Shown piece after piece: positions 13,540-28,189 of a DNA stretch of 64,000 nucleotides. The DNA is from the human T2T-CHM13v2.0 reference genome, Homo sapiens, in NCBI RefSeq assembly GCF_009914755.1, contig NC_060939.1; one strand, written 5' to 3'. The position numbers were made by a program, and so were the translations under genes. The notes beneath the pieces are model-generated. The model saw only the letters and a program-made list of their open reading frames with translations, did no database searches and was not told where the DNA came from. Positions within the stretch are counted from its first letter, which is position 1. Every line of letters starts with the position of its first letter.

Positions 13540-14045
13540 TTATTATCTCAAATTCCACTTGTACATTTACCTTATATCCTGCAACCTTGCTATAATCACT
13601 CACTAGTCTCAGAAGTTTTTTCCTAATGTGTATACCTTTATTTTATTTTTTTGTCTAATTGCATTAGCTAGGACTTCCAGGATGATACGGAAAAGCAGTG
13701 GTGAGTGGGGACATCCTTGCCTTTTTCCTGAACTTAGTGGAAAAACTTCTTGTTTCTTGCCATTAACTATGATGTTAGTTGTAGGCTTTTTGTAGATATT
13801 ATTTACCAAGTTGAGGAAGTTCCTCTCTATTCCTAGTATACTGAGGGTTTTTTTAAAATCATGAATGAGTATTGGATTTTGTCAAATACTTTCTCTGCAT
13901 CTATAATACAATCATGAGATTTTTCTTCTTAGCCTGTTGATGTGATGGATTATATTAATTGACTTTTAAATGTTGACGTGGCCTTGCATACCTGGGATAA
14001 ATCCCACTTGGCTGTGGGATATAATTCTTTTTAAACATTGTTGGG
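13540..14045 (-). mobile_element. L1M ORF2 (reverse transcriptase) fragment
   Basis: ORF 13609-13809: IYKKPTTNIIVNGKKQEVFPLSSGKRQGCPHSPLLFRIILEVLANAIRQ. Confidence 0.9.
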
Positions 14046-15828
14046 GTCAGAGGAATATTATTATTATTATGTTTAATAAGCATCATACCAATAGCTCAAG
14101 TGAACTATGTAACAGGTGGGAGTACTATTGAGTCCAACACATGGTAGAGCTGAGAACAAAATAATTGCAAGGAAGCTTGATTCTAAATCAGCATCCAAAA
14201 GCACATTTGTAAGAATGATAGAAATATTGAGAAGTCGTTTCTTTTGGAAAAGACTTCTGAAAAACTTTCAGTATCTGAACTAAAGTTACTTCAACTCTCC
14301 TAACAGGGCAGCCTCTCCTGGTCTCACTGCCAGGTGGCAACCGCATTCCTGATCTCAATGCTGCTGGGGAGGAGTGTTTGGTAGCCAGGGTGCCCATGGT
14401 CTGCAATACTAGAGCCAACCCCAGGTGGCCATCGGGTATAACATAGGCGGCAAGCCATGCCAGCACCACTGGGCTCTGTGGTCCAAGGAGAGTTCCTTCT
14501 GTGTTCCTTGTAGACTTGCAATGTGAGGAAGCCCCTGCTGCGTCCAAGTCAGACTCACATGGGACCGGGGAGGGTGCATCATAAAATTTTTAAAAGAGAG
14601 ATAAACCACTCAATTTTCCCTGCAATGTCATTAAAATATGAACTGAGATAACAGCAAAGATGAATTGGAAACAAATTGTTCCATAGTAATCTAATTTTTA
14701 ATAATCTCATGTTTTTGCATTTGTGCCAGAAGGAAATAATCTCCTTGATTCTCAGAATCACTGTGCTTAGTGTTTCCTTTTCCTCCCTTCCTCCCTCCCT
14801 CCTTCTTTTTCTTTGATAAGATCATGTTTTCCAGAGTAGACATTATTTAAATTGACATCTATTTTGTTACAATGATGTTTTCATCTTTCAGTTCCACAGC
14901 AGGATAAAATAATAAAGGGGGTACTTTGAAGCAACCACCTTTCTCCTTTGAAGTGTTATGTACCAACAATTTAAATCAAGGTCATTTTTCCCTTTGATAT
15001 TTATCAAGATGAACTTTGACCCACCTACATTGATATTCCATATCAGCTTTCTTTTCCAACCATTGACACTCCTGTTAGATTAGAAAGGAAAATTTTCCAT
15101 TTTATCTCAATCACCTGATTTATCACCAGCTGATATCTTCACATCTTTTCAAAGTGGAGAAAACTCCTGTTGCTCATTTTGGCAGCAGCTAGAGCTCTGG
15201 TCTTGATCTCTGTTCTCTCCATGGGCCCAGTTCTGAATCCAGCAATCATGGGCTGTTTGGGAATCTTTGGAATTATTATCCAACTCTTCCTTGTGTTGAA
15301 GATGTCCTTACATCTCTAGTTGTATATCAGTGTTCCTAACACCATGACTTTTTATTTCTTTTTTCTCACAGCAAATGAAAGCTCTTGTTACCAAGGACAG
15401 ATATTTACAAAAAATATTTGGTCATTAAGTCCAGTCTCTCTCCCTCATTGCAAGCCTCCATTGCAGTGGAAAAAAAAAAAAAAGAAAAGAAAAAAAGAAA
15501 GAAAACAAAAAGAAACAGAACAATTGTTTATTTGGTTCTGGGTTGATGCAAGGTACTCTCTGGAGCACATCCTCCTGCAAAGTCACCCAGAAAAGAGAGT
15601 GCACTCAGGGATAAGAATGAGGGCTGAGTGGCCCCAACCACAACATTCACCTGATCCAATCATACAATACAATAAAGGACTCAGTAGCCACTCTGCCTTT
15701 TCTTCTAATTTGGGCAAAATTCTAATATATTTGGCATTTAGTCTTCCCAAGAATAATAGATGAGAAATAGAAAAATTATCCGAGAGAGTTAGAGGGAAGT
15801 ATTCTGCCTACTGCAGAAATTGACGACT

Positions 15829-15967
15829 TGGTTGGGTGCAGTGGCTCGCACCTGTCATACCAGCGTTTTGGGAGGCTGAGACAGGAGGGTACCTTGAGGA
15901 AAAACATTTGAGACCAGCCTGGGACAACATAGTAAGACCTCGCCTCTACAAAAATATAAAAATAAAA
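15829..15967 (+). mobile_element. FLAM/Alu left monomer
   Basis: gggtgcagtggctcgcacctg...gagaccagcctgggacaacatagtaagacc followed by an A tail. Confidence 0.82.
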
Positions 15968-16204
15968 GAGCACTAACTGCAGACAGGCTGCCATCCACGG
16001 AGGAGTCTGAAAGACCAGGAAGAGCCATCAGGAAGGGTCCATCGGCATTGAGCCAGAGGCCTTCATGAAGGAAGAGACTGTCCTTCACGCTCCACTGGCT
16101 CCTGAGGACACCCTAGAAGTGGCCTCCAACCTCAATACCTGGGGAAACCTGCCAAAACCAGCCCGAAGCATGGGAACCTTGGGGTGCACGCAATTGTGTA
16201 GGTG

Positions 16205-16425
16205 GTAATTTTAATAGCTAGCATCCACTTAGCACATTCCATGTGCTATGTTCTTTCTTGTGCTGCATTTTACCATTTAATCATCCAGTCAAACCCAGAA
16301 GGTAGGGACCACCCTACTTTCCTTTCTACAGCTTGGAGATTGAGCTAGATTCCCCCAAGGGCACACAGTAAGTAAGTAATGGAGGTGGATCAGACCTGGG
16401 CCTCTTTGCTACTGAACAGCCTTGT
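16205..16425 (-). mobile_element. MIR
   Basis: ttaatagctagcatccacttagcac...cccaagggcacacagtaagtaagtaatggag. Confidence 0.6.
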
Positions 16426-17334
16426 GTGACAGTGGTCAGAGTCCTGCCATTGCATCACCATGCACCCTGGCTGAAGTCCCAGGTCCATCTTAACCCTCTT
16501 GGATCAGCATCTCTGAAAGTGGGGCCTGGCCTCTGTGTTCACCATAGGTACTCTGAGTACTGAGAACCTCATGCAGGCCATGGTCTCTGCTTCCCCAGGG
16601 AAGGCATGGGGTTTCCATCCATTGAATGCAAGAGGGTGTCTAAGCCCTCAGTGAACACACAAGCCCCAGCTCTGAAGAGACAAGGTGGGTAGAGGCAGTG
16701 GGTGCAGAGACAATGATGGCCACAGTGGGCAGGACCCATGCAGCTCTGTCCTCTCCTCCAGGAGTCCCACTGAAATGACAGAAAAGAGACTTTCAAAAGA
16801 AAGAAAACACACAGATGCTGGAACACAGAAAAGGGGCATCCGTGGGCCATGAATTTTGAGGAAATCGTGAGAGGACCTTGAGAGTGGGGTTGAGTGTTTG
16901 AGCAGGAGGTAAACTGTAGTCTGAATGTAAGAAGGTCAGCAGGGTTTTTCCCTGGGAGACATGAGAAACAAGCTGAGGTCTCTCAAGGCAAAGAGCAGGA
17001 GTGGTGGGGGGATCTGGTGAATCACTGTGTGGGCTCACAGAAGGTGCTGGGTCCTTGCTTTCCACCCTTTGCCCTTGGTCCTGATGGGGCAGAGCTGACT
17101 GCGCTGGGGACAAGGCTCCCACAGCCCACCCTCCGCCAGCGCACCTTGCCTGACCTGACTGCCAGAGGGTTCCGCCCTCCTCACCACCTGTACCAAACTC
17201 TGCAGTCCTCAAAAGAAAACCTGAAGAGTGAGGAAAACTACAAACAAGGGAGGAAGATCAAGAAGGAATCCAGAGAACAGGGGAAACTTCACTGGACACA
17301 GATATTAATTGAGTGCATGTGTGTAATATAATTG

Positions 17335-17411
17335 TTTATATTAATATTACATGTATATATACATGCCCTATATATATATACACTCATATATATATATATA
17401 TATATACACTC

Positions 17412-17443
<32 letters not shown>
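17335..17443. repeat. (TA)n/(CA)n microsatellite
   Basis: Read directly; abuts the Tigger terminus. Confidence 0.9.
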
Positions 17444-17444
<1 letters not shown>

Positions 17445-17833
17445 GAGTCATGTCATATAATGACATTTTGTTCAGTGATGAACACAGCCGTGGTCCTATA
17501 AGTTTATAATGGCACTAAAAGATTTCTGTTTCCTAGTGACATTATACTCATCCTAATGTCTTAGTGCAGTGCAATTACTCATGTGTTTGTGGTGATGCTG
17601 GTGGAAGTAAACCTACTGCACTGCCAGTCTCGTAAAGGTATAGCAATACAATCACATACAGTACCAAGTACTTGATAGTAAAGACTAAGTACTTGAGAAA
17701 GACTATGTTACTGGCTTACGTATTTACTATACTTTTTATTTTAGAATGTACTCCTTCTACTTATAAAAAAAATAGTTAACTGTAAAATAGCCTCAGGCAG
17801 TCCCTTAGGAGGTATTCCAGAAGAAGGCCTTAT

Positions 17834-17913
17834 TTTTTATATATATATATTTTAATGTTTTGGGACAGGGTCTCACTCTGTTGCCCAGGTTGAAGTGCAT
17901 TGGGCGATCTCGG
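17834..17913 (-). mobile_element. Severely 5'-truncated Alu
   Basis: Only about 55 nt of the Alu 3' end after a TA/T tract, then Tigger resumes. Confidence 0.7.
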
Positions 17914-18039
17914 CCATGATTCATGCATGTCATGGCCCCTGAAGACCTTTCAGTAGACAAGATATGGAGGTGAAAGGTGGTGATATCGATGATCCTGAGT
18001 CTGTGTAGGCCTAAGCTAATGTGTCTGTTTGTGTCTTCA

Positions 18040-18340
18040 TTTTTTTTTTTTTTTTTTGAGACAGGCTCTTGCCCTGTTGCCCAGGCTGGAGTGCAGTGGT
18101 GCTAGCTCAGCTCACTGCAACCTCCACCTCCTGGGCTCAAGCAATCCTCCCATCTCAGCCTCCTGAATAGCTGGGACCACAGGTGCACACTGCCACACCT
18201 GGCTAATTTTTGTATTTTTTATAGAGATGTGGTTTCACCATGTTGCCCAAGCTGGTCTCATACTTCTGGACTCAAACTATCCTTCTGCCTTGGCCTCCCA
18301 AAGTGCTGGGATTATAGGTGTGAGCCAGCATACCTAGCTG
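18040..18340 (-). mobile_element. AluJb-type
   Basis: Full reverse Alu, TSD tgtgtctt. Confidence 0.9.
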
Positions 18341-20132
18341 TGTCTTAACTTTTAACGAGAGAGTTTAAAAAGGTTTTTAAAAAGTTTTTAAATAGAAAAA
18401 AAAGCTTAGAGTATTAGAATATAAAGAAACAACATATTTTGTGTTTGTGTTTTAAGGTGTTATTACAAGAGTCCAAAGTTTTTAAAAATTTAAAAGTTTG
18501 TAAAGTAAAAATGTTACAGAAAGCTAAGGTTAGTTTGTTACTGAAGAAAAAAATATTTTTTATAAATTTAATGCAGCCTAAGTGTACAGTGTTTCTAAAG
18601 TCTATAGTATTCTACAGTAATGTCCTGGTCTTCACATTCACTCACCACTCACTCACTGACTCATCCAGAGTAACTCCCTGTCCTGCAAGCCCCATTCATG
18701 GTAATTGTCTTATCCGGGTGTCCCATTCTTCATCTTTTACACTACATTTTTACTGTATCTTTTCTATGTTTAGATATGTTTGGATAGACAAATACTTACC
18801 ATTGTGTTATAACTGCCTACAGTATTCAGTACAGTAACATGCTGTATAGGTTTGTAGCCTAGGAGCAATAGGCCGTCCCATACAGCCTAGGGGTGTTGGA
18901 TGCTATGCCATCCAGGTTTATCTATGAAGTTTGCAGGATGACAGAATCACTTAATGAGCATTTCTCAGAGTGTATCCCTGTTGTTAAGTGACAAGTGACT
19001 GTGTATACACACACACACACGCACACACCACACGCACACACACACACTACAGGAAGATACAGCCTTAAAATGACAATGGACTGCTGTGTAAAAGGAGTTT
19101 TAGAGAAATATAATGTGTTCTTGGAATTTTGAAACATGATAAATGAAACATGAGCCAAAGGTTAGAGCAGGATAATAAATTGGAAATGGCTGAACACCAA
19201 GTTGCAAATCTGGAAGCTAAAGCTGGGGAAATCTCTCAGGACTTACTTGAAAAAGACATAAATGGAAACTCACAGAAGAACTGGAGCCAGAAGCTACGGA
19301 CAGTGGTTACCTCAGTGGAGTGAGAAGGCCTGTGATTTCACTGATGGCCCTTCTGAACCATGTGAATTTCTTCCTTCACCACATGCAGACATCAGTTAAT
19401 AGGACAGATTAAAGTTGCATGCTAGCTGATGGCTGCCGGGGAGGCAGGAATACTCAATTAAGCGCGGCACAGTTCTCGTGGGTTCTTGTTGAATAGTGCA
19501 AGTTGGGAGTCCGGTCTTGTTCACCGTTTCCCTCTGTTCTCTAGGAGTGGGCAACCACTCTCATGGATGGCTCATACCTATTACGTGAGCTGCCCTGTGA
19601 TAACTCACTGTCTCCCTTCTGTCTCAGAAGGCCTGCCTTTCCTTTGCCCTAGTTGTGAGGCATTTGGAATTCAGCCAATCTGCAATGCTGAATGTGGAGG
19701 AGGATCCATGTGACATGGTTGGAGCCAAGGTGTTGAGCAAAGCCTCATCTGTCTGGACAAACTTCAGTCCTCACAAGCAAGCAAGCTATGCCCAAGCTTA
19801 TGTGCAATGCTTTGAATGGGCAGAGGTCAGTCTGACAGTGACAGTGTGAGAACGATGTGGAGCTGGGCCTGGGTGGGGAGAAGGTGCCCGTCCTCCATGA
19901 GTCTAAGTGGAGTGTACCCTTTTGACTCACAGATCCACGTATTCCTGTCACCAGTTGGTGCATGAAGGCAATACAGTCTCCTGAGTTTCTACAATACCAG
20001 GTCTGTCATTTAGTTGTCCTTGTTTTTAAGTGAGAGTGAAGTTCACTATTCTGAGGTCCAGGGAGGGGTGAGGAATTCCAGCATTAGGTTTGGCCTCAGG
20101 AAGAGGGACTGGGAGAATTTGATAATGGGGAG

Positions 20133-20887
20133 TGCGGTAGGCTGAGTTGTAACATGGTTCCCAAAGTCCCCACCCTCATGTACATACTCTGAATAGCATC
20201 TCCCCTTGAGTGTGGGATACTCCTGTGAAGACAACAGGGTTTCAGTGTGAACAGGCAAAAAGGGACTTTGCAAATGTAGTGAAGGTCCCTGATCAGTTCA
20301 CTTTGAGTCAATAAAAAGGAGATTATCCTGAGTGGGCTTGACCTAATCGGGTGATCCCTTAAAGGAGACAAGAGGCAGCAATAGACATCCTCCTTCTGGC
20401 CTTGAGGAAGTCAGCTGCCATATTTTGCTCTTTTTTTTTTTTTTTTCCTTTTGTAGAGACAGTCTCCCTATGCCACCCAAGCAAGTCCGGAATTCCTGGC
20501 TCAAGCGATCCTCCTGCCTCTGCCTCTATGAGTACCGGGAGAACAGGTGTGAGCCGCTGCCCAGTCATATTTTGATTGACACTCTCCAAATGTGAGAGTG
20601 GCCTCTAGGAGCTTGGAGTGACCCCTGGCTGACAGCCAGCAAGAATATACAGACCTCAGTGTTACAGCCCAGCTGGATCCTGCCAAGCACCAGTGAGCTG
20701 GAAGAGGATCCCCAGCCTCAGATGAGCCTGCAGCCTGTGCTGATGCCTGGATTTCAGCCTGGGAGACTCTCAGCAGAGGACTCGGCTCAAGGCTGTCTAC
20801 AGTCCTGATCTACCAGAACCATGAGATAATAAACAGGCATTGTTTAGGTAGTGAAATGTGGTTACACATAAATAGGAACCCAGTGCA
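20133..20887 (+). mobile_element. MLT1E/F-type MaLR LTR
   Basis: tgcggtaggctgag...ctccccttgagtgtggg...ggagattatcctgagtgggcttgacctaatc...gagataataaac. Confidence 0.8.
20429..20563 (-). mobile_element. FLAM monomer inside the MLT1
   Basis: TSD gccatattttg/gtcatattttg. Confidence 0.8.
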
Positions 20888-21889
20888 GCGTAAGATGCCC
20901 TGGCATATCAAGGGCGGTTCATGAGTGGGTGCCTTCAGCTTGGGAGGAAGCAGGCATAGGGCTGATGCATCGCAGTGTCCACATATGCAGGGAGGCTGGT
21001 TTCCTAGGAAGCCTCCCAATGAGGAAATTGTTGGGAATGTGCTGCAAGGCGCTGCCTCGCTCTGGAGCCAGACGAGAGGCCGGAGCATCCGCCCCAACAT
21101 GGCTGGCTGTGTGAGCCTCAGGAACGCTGGCAGCTCTGCAAGACTCTCTGCCATCTGCAAAATGTGGGTGAGCATATCCCCCCAGCCACACAATTCTTGG
21201 GGATGGAGTGAGACAATTCTTAGAAAGCTCTAGTTGCAGTGCGGGTGCACAGGAAGGGCTCTGTGCACACTGATGCATGTTGCTCTAGCTCAAAGTGTCC
21301 CTTGAGCAGCTGGGGTGTGATCTCCAAGTGCACCCACCAGCCGGTCTCACCTGGCCTGGGCTCCGAGCAGGGGTCAACCTGAGGGCATTTCACTCCAGAT
21401 CCAGCATGGGTTTGAGGAAGGGGCCAATGAGGGGCCAGTGGCCACAAAATAGCACTTGATTCTGATCATAAGCCCAGTCACTAAGAGGCGGGTAAAAAGA
21501 AATGCATTACCCATTTGACAAATTTTCTATGGTGAATGAATACAAATACTGGGTTACAATGAGCACTTGGCTAGCTGGCTAAAGGTAGGGCCCCAAATAG
21601 GGGGGCTGAATGGAGGTGAGAAGCCTGTGACCATTGCTGAGGCATGGGCAGGGACTCGGGCACACACGTGTGGGCAGCTCCGTGGTGTTAACCTCCAGCC
21701 TGGGTCAGTTGCTGGCCTGGGCTGACTGTGGTGACCACAGGCCAGGGGATATTGGGAGGGACTGAAAACCATGAAACAAAGCAGAACAAACTTGCCACTC
21801 CAAAACCTCACACACGGCAGGAAGTGGGCCAGCCTGGAGTTACTGAGGGGGCTGTGGCCGGGCACACCCTGTCCTACCTGAACCCAGAG

Positions 21890-22400
21890 TGTCAAAGACA
21901 AACAAAGCCAGGCAGTAGTGAGAGGGTCAGGAGAGATTTTTCACAGTAATAACCGTTGCAGTGGGGAAGAGGTTACAGTGTGAACTGAAGTCAGCTTGGA
22001 TGTGTACAGAGGTGAGTGGATGTTTCCAAGGGAGGAGGGAGGGGTGAGGGAAGGCTTGCTGGAGTCAGGAAGTGAGAAATTGCAAAGCCCAGGAAGGAGG
22101 GGCCGGCCCCACTGGGCTGCTAACTGGCTCTGGTCGAAGTTAGCTCCTGATGTCCCACAGAGGCCGGGAGACAGGGGCCGTAGCTGCAGGGATTGGCTGG
22201 AACAGGGTATTTTTTGGCGGTCTTGAGTTTCCTGAGGTAGGGACTATAAGGGGGGCTGGTGTCATCCTAGGGATGTGGCCATGAGTTGCTAGATGCCATG
22301 TTAGTGTTAGCTGAAGTCTTTATAGGCCAGCGTGGAGGTATTGTTGAGAAGAGGACTCAGAGGAGCCTGGCTGGCAGTTGGTCGAGGAGAGATCTTAGTC
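21890..22400 (-). mobile_element. MER67/MER31-type ERV1 solo LTR
   Basis: Reverse strand begins gactaagatctctcctcgaccaactgccagccaggctcctctgagtcctcttctc, contains gccacatccctaggatgac, ends ctttgaca. Confidence 0.7.
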
Positions 22401-23074
22401 TAGGGCCCCACACAGCCCAGGTTCCAGGGATGTGGGTCCTGGCCAAGTATCCCATGGGCTCCTGCCTTTGGCTCACTCGAGTGGGCCTCAGGGACTCGCC
22501 ACCAAAAAATCTGAGACGCCAGCCTCAAGGATGTGAGGGTGTCACATCTGTCCTCCACAAAGAGCCCAAGCAAGATGAGAAACAGCTTCATGACCCCCAT
22601 AATGAACAAGCCTTTTAATGTCAGGACAGCTGCAAGCCCTTCTTCAAGCTCTCGGCCTCACCTGTCTTCCTTATAACCACAGAAAATGTCACTCCTCCTC
22701 TGATTTGCCTTCTATACCATGCCCTTCCATCTGAGGCAATCTTGTGAAGCATTCCACGTGGTCCTCCTGGGCCAGCTCACCCTCATGACCCCTGGGCTGC
22801 AGGCCACAGCTCTCCCTGGCGGACCAGGAGGCTGGCATGGCAGCATGGATAGAAAGTGTCTTTTACCTAAGTCATCATTCATTAACTCCAGTTACATTAG
22901 AGATGTTTCCTGCTGGAAAACTTTCAGAATCATCTCTTTTTGAGAAAAAGGTGTGTGTATTTTTTTAAACAACAGCAATAGTCCAAGTCTGACTACTAAG
23001 AGCACATTTTTATTTTTAAAATTAGACATTGTGCTGAAAACAAGTTTATTAAAATATGATCTATAACCTAATTT

Positions 23075-23203
23075 TATTCTTTCTTATAGACATGGGGGTC
23101 TCAGTATGTTGCCCAGGCTGGTCTTGAACTTCTGGCCTCAAGTGATCCTCCCACCTCAGCATCCCGGGTAGCTAGAACTAGAGGCACACACCACTGTACC
23201 CAG
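23075..23203 (-). mobile_element. FLAM_A-like monomer
   Basis: gttgcccaggctggtcttgaacttctggcctcaagtgatcctcccacctcagcatcccgggtagctag. Confidence 0.8.
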
Positions 23204-24107
23204 CTATGACTTGGTTTTAATTGTCAAGGGAACCAGATTTGTGAAAGAACAAAAACAGTGGCATTTGTTTGTCTGGAAATGGGGCCATCTGGGTTCTCCA
23301 TCTCTTGGGGGCTGTGTTTGGAAAGGAAGAGCTGTCAGTCTGGGTTCCAGGCCGATCCTCCCCGCAGTGGCTTTCTTCCTCTCTCGCCTGGAGGACATCT
23401 CATAGTTCTTGCCCTCAGGGTCCCCCCAGGCCGCCTTATCCTCCTGGCTTTTCATCCCCTGCAATGTGCCACTCAGCTGCTGAGCTTCCAGGCCAGGCCT
23501 GCAGTTTCCTGGGTACCCAGCATGAGTGGGGCTCTCAGCTGAAGGGTGGGTCAGGTGGTACAGGAGCCTCCATAACAGTTTGCTAAATATATGAATAAAT
23601 AAATTATAAAACGTTAGTCCCCCTGCCAAAAAAAAAGCACAAAACACAGTTTGAGGTGATGTGTTTTTGCCCTTGCCTGAGGGAGTTGGGATTTACACAA
23701 TGCCACCATTTGCAAACTGGGATCTACAAGCCCCAGCAAGACACAAAGTTTGCAAGGGCACAGGCAGTGTTAAGCAAGCTGTGTTCCAGAACCTAACACC
23801 ATCTTCATGGGCAGGCCCTGATGGAGATGCAGTTCTTCCCCGCCTTCCTCCACAGCACCCAGCTCCCTCCCCAAGCAGATCTTTCCACCCAGGGCAATGT
23901 TGCATCAGCCCAGAGGAGGAAGGCCTCCCTGGCCATGGCCACAGCCCACCCACCAGAGGATATTTGCAGTGTTGGGAAAGTGTGAGAAAGTGAGTGACTA
24001 ATGGCTGTGTTACTAATCTTCTGGCAAGTCAGATTGTTCTAGTTCTTTGCTTTCCATGAACTGAAAGAGGATCTAGTCAATTTATAAACTGATGGATTAG
24101 ATCATTA

Positions 24108-24405
<298 letters not shown>

Positions 24406-24991
24406 TTTTTTTATGATCAATCTTCATGTAATTTTCAGCACATAACTTAGAAGGAGTGGAATCTTTACAACAAAACACTTTCCATTCAGATGTATTTACT
24501 CATGTAAAAACGTTTTTCGCCATGCTTACATATATAAAAAATAGGAATCCAACTGATACCGAATCATGTGTCATGCCACCGATAAGTAATATTCATCCAT
24601 GGATACATAAAGTAATTTGAAAACAGTTTTAGTACCATTTATCTCGTTATAAGATGTGTTTCTGATAAGTGTATATTTTCACTATTAATAATTATCAAGT
24701 TATAATGTAGTCATTTTACCTTCATGAATTGAGTGTTAATAACCATGATAACTGGAATACATCATTTACAATAACTGGAAAAAGTTATTTAACATTTAGA
24801 GACATGTTGAAGAAAATTAAAATTGTAAGTTTTTATACATAGCTTTTGTAGCAAGAAACCTGATAGTGTGATGAACAGAAGAGTTTTAAGCATAAGAAAT
24901 TGTTATAATAAAATTCTGTGGAGGAAGAGGAATGAAAACAGGAGTTGCAGTAGAAAAAATGGATACTTAAGGAGGAGATTGTTCACACACA

Positions 24992-25288
24992 TTTTTTTTT
25001 TTTTGAGACAGGGTCTCACTCTATGACCCAGGCTGGAGTGCAGTGATGTGATCTCAGCTCACTGCTTCCTTGACCTCCTGGGCTCAAGTGATCCTCCTAC
25101 CGCAGCCTCCTGAGTAGCTAAGACTACAGGCACCTTCTGCCATGCTCAGCTAATTAAAAAACAAATTTTGTAGAGACAAGGTCTTGCTGTGTTGCTGAGG
25201 TTGTTCTGGAGCCCCTGGGCTCAAGCAATCCTCCTACCTCGGCCTCTCAGAGTGCTGGGATAACCAGCGTGCGCCACCACGCCCAGCC
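24992..25288 (-). mobile_element. AluJ
   Basis: Full reverse Alu, TSD tgttcacaca. Confidence 0.9.
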
Positions 25289-25795
25289 ATGTTCACACAT
25301 TTTTAAATTTGGGGGATGGTGGGTATATAATTTTCAGGCTGTTTAGATTCCACTGGACACATTTAAAAGAGCATGTAATTTTTGTAATGTCAACATATGC
25401 CATATGCTGAAACTATTTCAATGTATGATAAAAATGTTAAATATCAACTTAAAAATATGCTAGATGGTATACAGTCACAGGACACTCTCTTAAGGAGTGA
25501 GAGGACAAAGGCTTGCAGCCTGTGGTGGGAAGACATTGAGAAATGTCTCAGAAAGGTAAGTGCTGATGTTACTAGGAAACGGGATCAGTGAGAGACGTCA
25601 GAGATTGTTCTGTTAAAATACACTCCCAAGGAGCTACTAAAACCCCTAGAAGATAGAACTGAATGAGGAAGAACTAGCTAAGCATGAAGGCAGCAAAAGT
25701 AATGGCACAAAGAAACATGGGATTCAACCATAGAGAAGATGTACACCTCTGTATGTCAGAAAAACATGCCCATTCAAATTAAACACCATAGTTAC

Positions 25796-26830
25796 AGTAA
25801 TGCTCTCCAAACTTTTTCTCGCAAATTCCTAAAAGTACACTGAAAAACTGTATACCTTTTTGCACATTGCAAAGATGGCTGTTGACATGTTTCACCCCAA
25901 GTTTAAATATCTGAAAAGAATGTAATTTTGGTATATCGGAAACATTGACCTTTAACTATATATATATTTATATACACACAATATATATACATATAGAATA
26001 CGTTAATACAGTATATGTTTTATATATATATACACAGACACACAGATTATGTGTTACCACAATATGTGATATATGTATATAGCTATATATGTATATATAA
26101 CATATACTGTATGAATTGTGTGTGTATATATAACGTATATGTTATGACGATATTCAATACTTTAGGTGTGTTTGGAGTTATATGCCCCAAATTATGTAAT
26201 AATCCATCATTACAAATTATTTTCAATCTGACTACTTGATTCAATTTTGTTAAAAGTGAAAACTGGAAACAATATTACTGTCTGTGTGTGTATGTGTATG
26301 TGTGTGTATATATATATAAAACACATATATTAATATATGTTCTACATACATAGTAAATGTATATGCCCTAAATGTATACAATATAATATAAGTGCTCTAG
26401 TAATATGAAATACACTATCATCCTTAAAAAAAGTACACAAACAAAACCTTTGACAACTGTAAATTGTTTTTCCTTCTATGTTTATTTTTTCTACTTTTCC
26501 ACACAATTTTATTGTAATATTGATTTTTTCTTGATGTCTTTTATTGATTATTCTGTCATACCTCTCTGTCACATAATATATATATAAACTGATCAAAACA
26601 ACAAATGCATTAAAATCATTATTAAAATTATTAAAATTGTTTTGGGAATGCATCACTTAATGAAACAGATGAGAATTCTTTCCCAATTAATTCATGTATC
26701 CATGGATGAACATTGCTTGCTGTTAGAAGGCGGTACAGTTCTGCATCACATCCATCCCATGTTAGCTTTTATAGATGTTGCACTGAAAAGTCAAACCATC
26801 TGTCACATCTTAGTCAATTTCTGTTAAAAA
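25796..26830 (-). mobile_element. Second Charlie7-like remnant, opposite orientation, with TA-rich expansions
   Basis: Minus strand ~26680-26750 reads DAELYRLLTASNVHPWIHELIGK; 25796 cagtaatgctctccaaactttttctcgc looks like the terminus. Confidence 0.6.
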
Positions 26831-28189
26831 AAATAGACAATTTTTATACATAAATAAATGTTAACATGCAATTTGAGGAATATTACAAAAAACATTGAGA
26901 AATAAATTATCGAATCTGTCTTTTAAGAGTGCCAATAGCAAGATTAAAACAATAGCGATGAGATATAATTCCATTATGTATACTATTGAATTGTAAAAAC
27001 AAGATAACAATGCTGGTCAGCAACACTTAATTTCTAACAATAAAATGTTACACGTAACTAGACTGAGGTACATGGGTGGAAAGCATAGAAGAAGCCATGA
27101 TATCACTTCAGTAAATGTGTAGGCAAGCATGCACTGGATTCCAGGGTTTGGCTTGAAGGATAATTAGAGTTTTTTTTTTAATGTCAAAAAAAAAAATTCA
27201 TTTTAAAAAGATAATTGACCAAAATTGTCCTTGGTCTAACCCCTGGGGTATACTTTTTATTTTGTATTAACAAAAGGCAGAGCATAATGAACATTTTCTC
27301 TGATCAAATAAAAGTGAGGATTTATGCAATTGGAATATTTTACAACCTTATTTGACCACATGAGTTTGATTTCCTTATTGAATGATACATGAAATCTGAA
27401 GGAAAGCTCACCAAATATTAATGTGCAGGTCTTGTATATCTCGATGGTCCTGAGAAAACATTCCATTCACAACGAAAAGAATCTGCACCATTAACCTACA
27501 CTGCTCCTGCTTTTTGGAGAGATTTTTCCTTCTAGCTAATGATATCTCTACTAATGAAGTAGGAAAGAACAAAAGGTATTTTTAGAATTCCACACTTTTT
27601 TTGCTGTGCTCTGGTAAGACCTTCTCTCGGGATCTGTGAGTCCTTTGAGAGTAATTTGTGGGGAGTGGAGGTGGGTTGGAAGGGGTGAGGTCACTCTTGC
27701 AGCTGCACTGTAGCAATGCTGAATTCCGGCGGTTCCACGCCCGGGCTTATAGGGACAGCACAGTATTCAGGGCCAGAAGGCGGAGGCCTTGGCAGGAGCA
27801 AGGTGTTTCATCAGCTACCGTGGGGTTCTATTCAGAAGGGTCTCTTGGTACGGTTGTCTTTTACACTCTTTTCTGAGACTGGGGATGGGCCAGGCACAAG
27901 CCCTGCTTTTGTCACATGGAGAGGCATTGTGGAAGGTGATTTCGTGTGAACCAGCTGCGGGGGTCGGGCAGGGAGATGAAGAACTTAGAGAATTGACACC
28001 TCACAATGGCCTGCACCCACACCCTTCTCAGAAGGCACTGCCTCTTCGCTTGAGGGGTAGCTTGAAGGCCCCTGAAAGCAGGGAACGAGGCGCGGCTGTG
28101 CGCGCGCGGCAGGTGCACAGGACCCACCTCGCCGGGACCCACCTCGCCGCAGCCCCTGCGCGGCCTTTCCCTGCGCGCTGGTTAGGAGG

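Larger units (their letters stand above)
17445..19001. mobile_element. Tigger3b (Golem-derived) DNA transposon with two Alu inserts
   Basis: Termini gagtcatgtcatataatgac and gttaagtgacaagtgactg; internal aaacctactgcactgccagtc and ggtttgtagcctaggagcaatagg. Confidence 0.85.

Noticed and set aside
14190-14580. Unique GC-moderate segment with overlapping minus ORFs as an exon
   Set aside because: No protein similarity recognised and no clear splice-site pair
15470-15520. Isolated A-rich tract as a retrocopy tail
   Set aside because: No upstream SINE, poly(A) signal, TSD or coding similarity recognised
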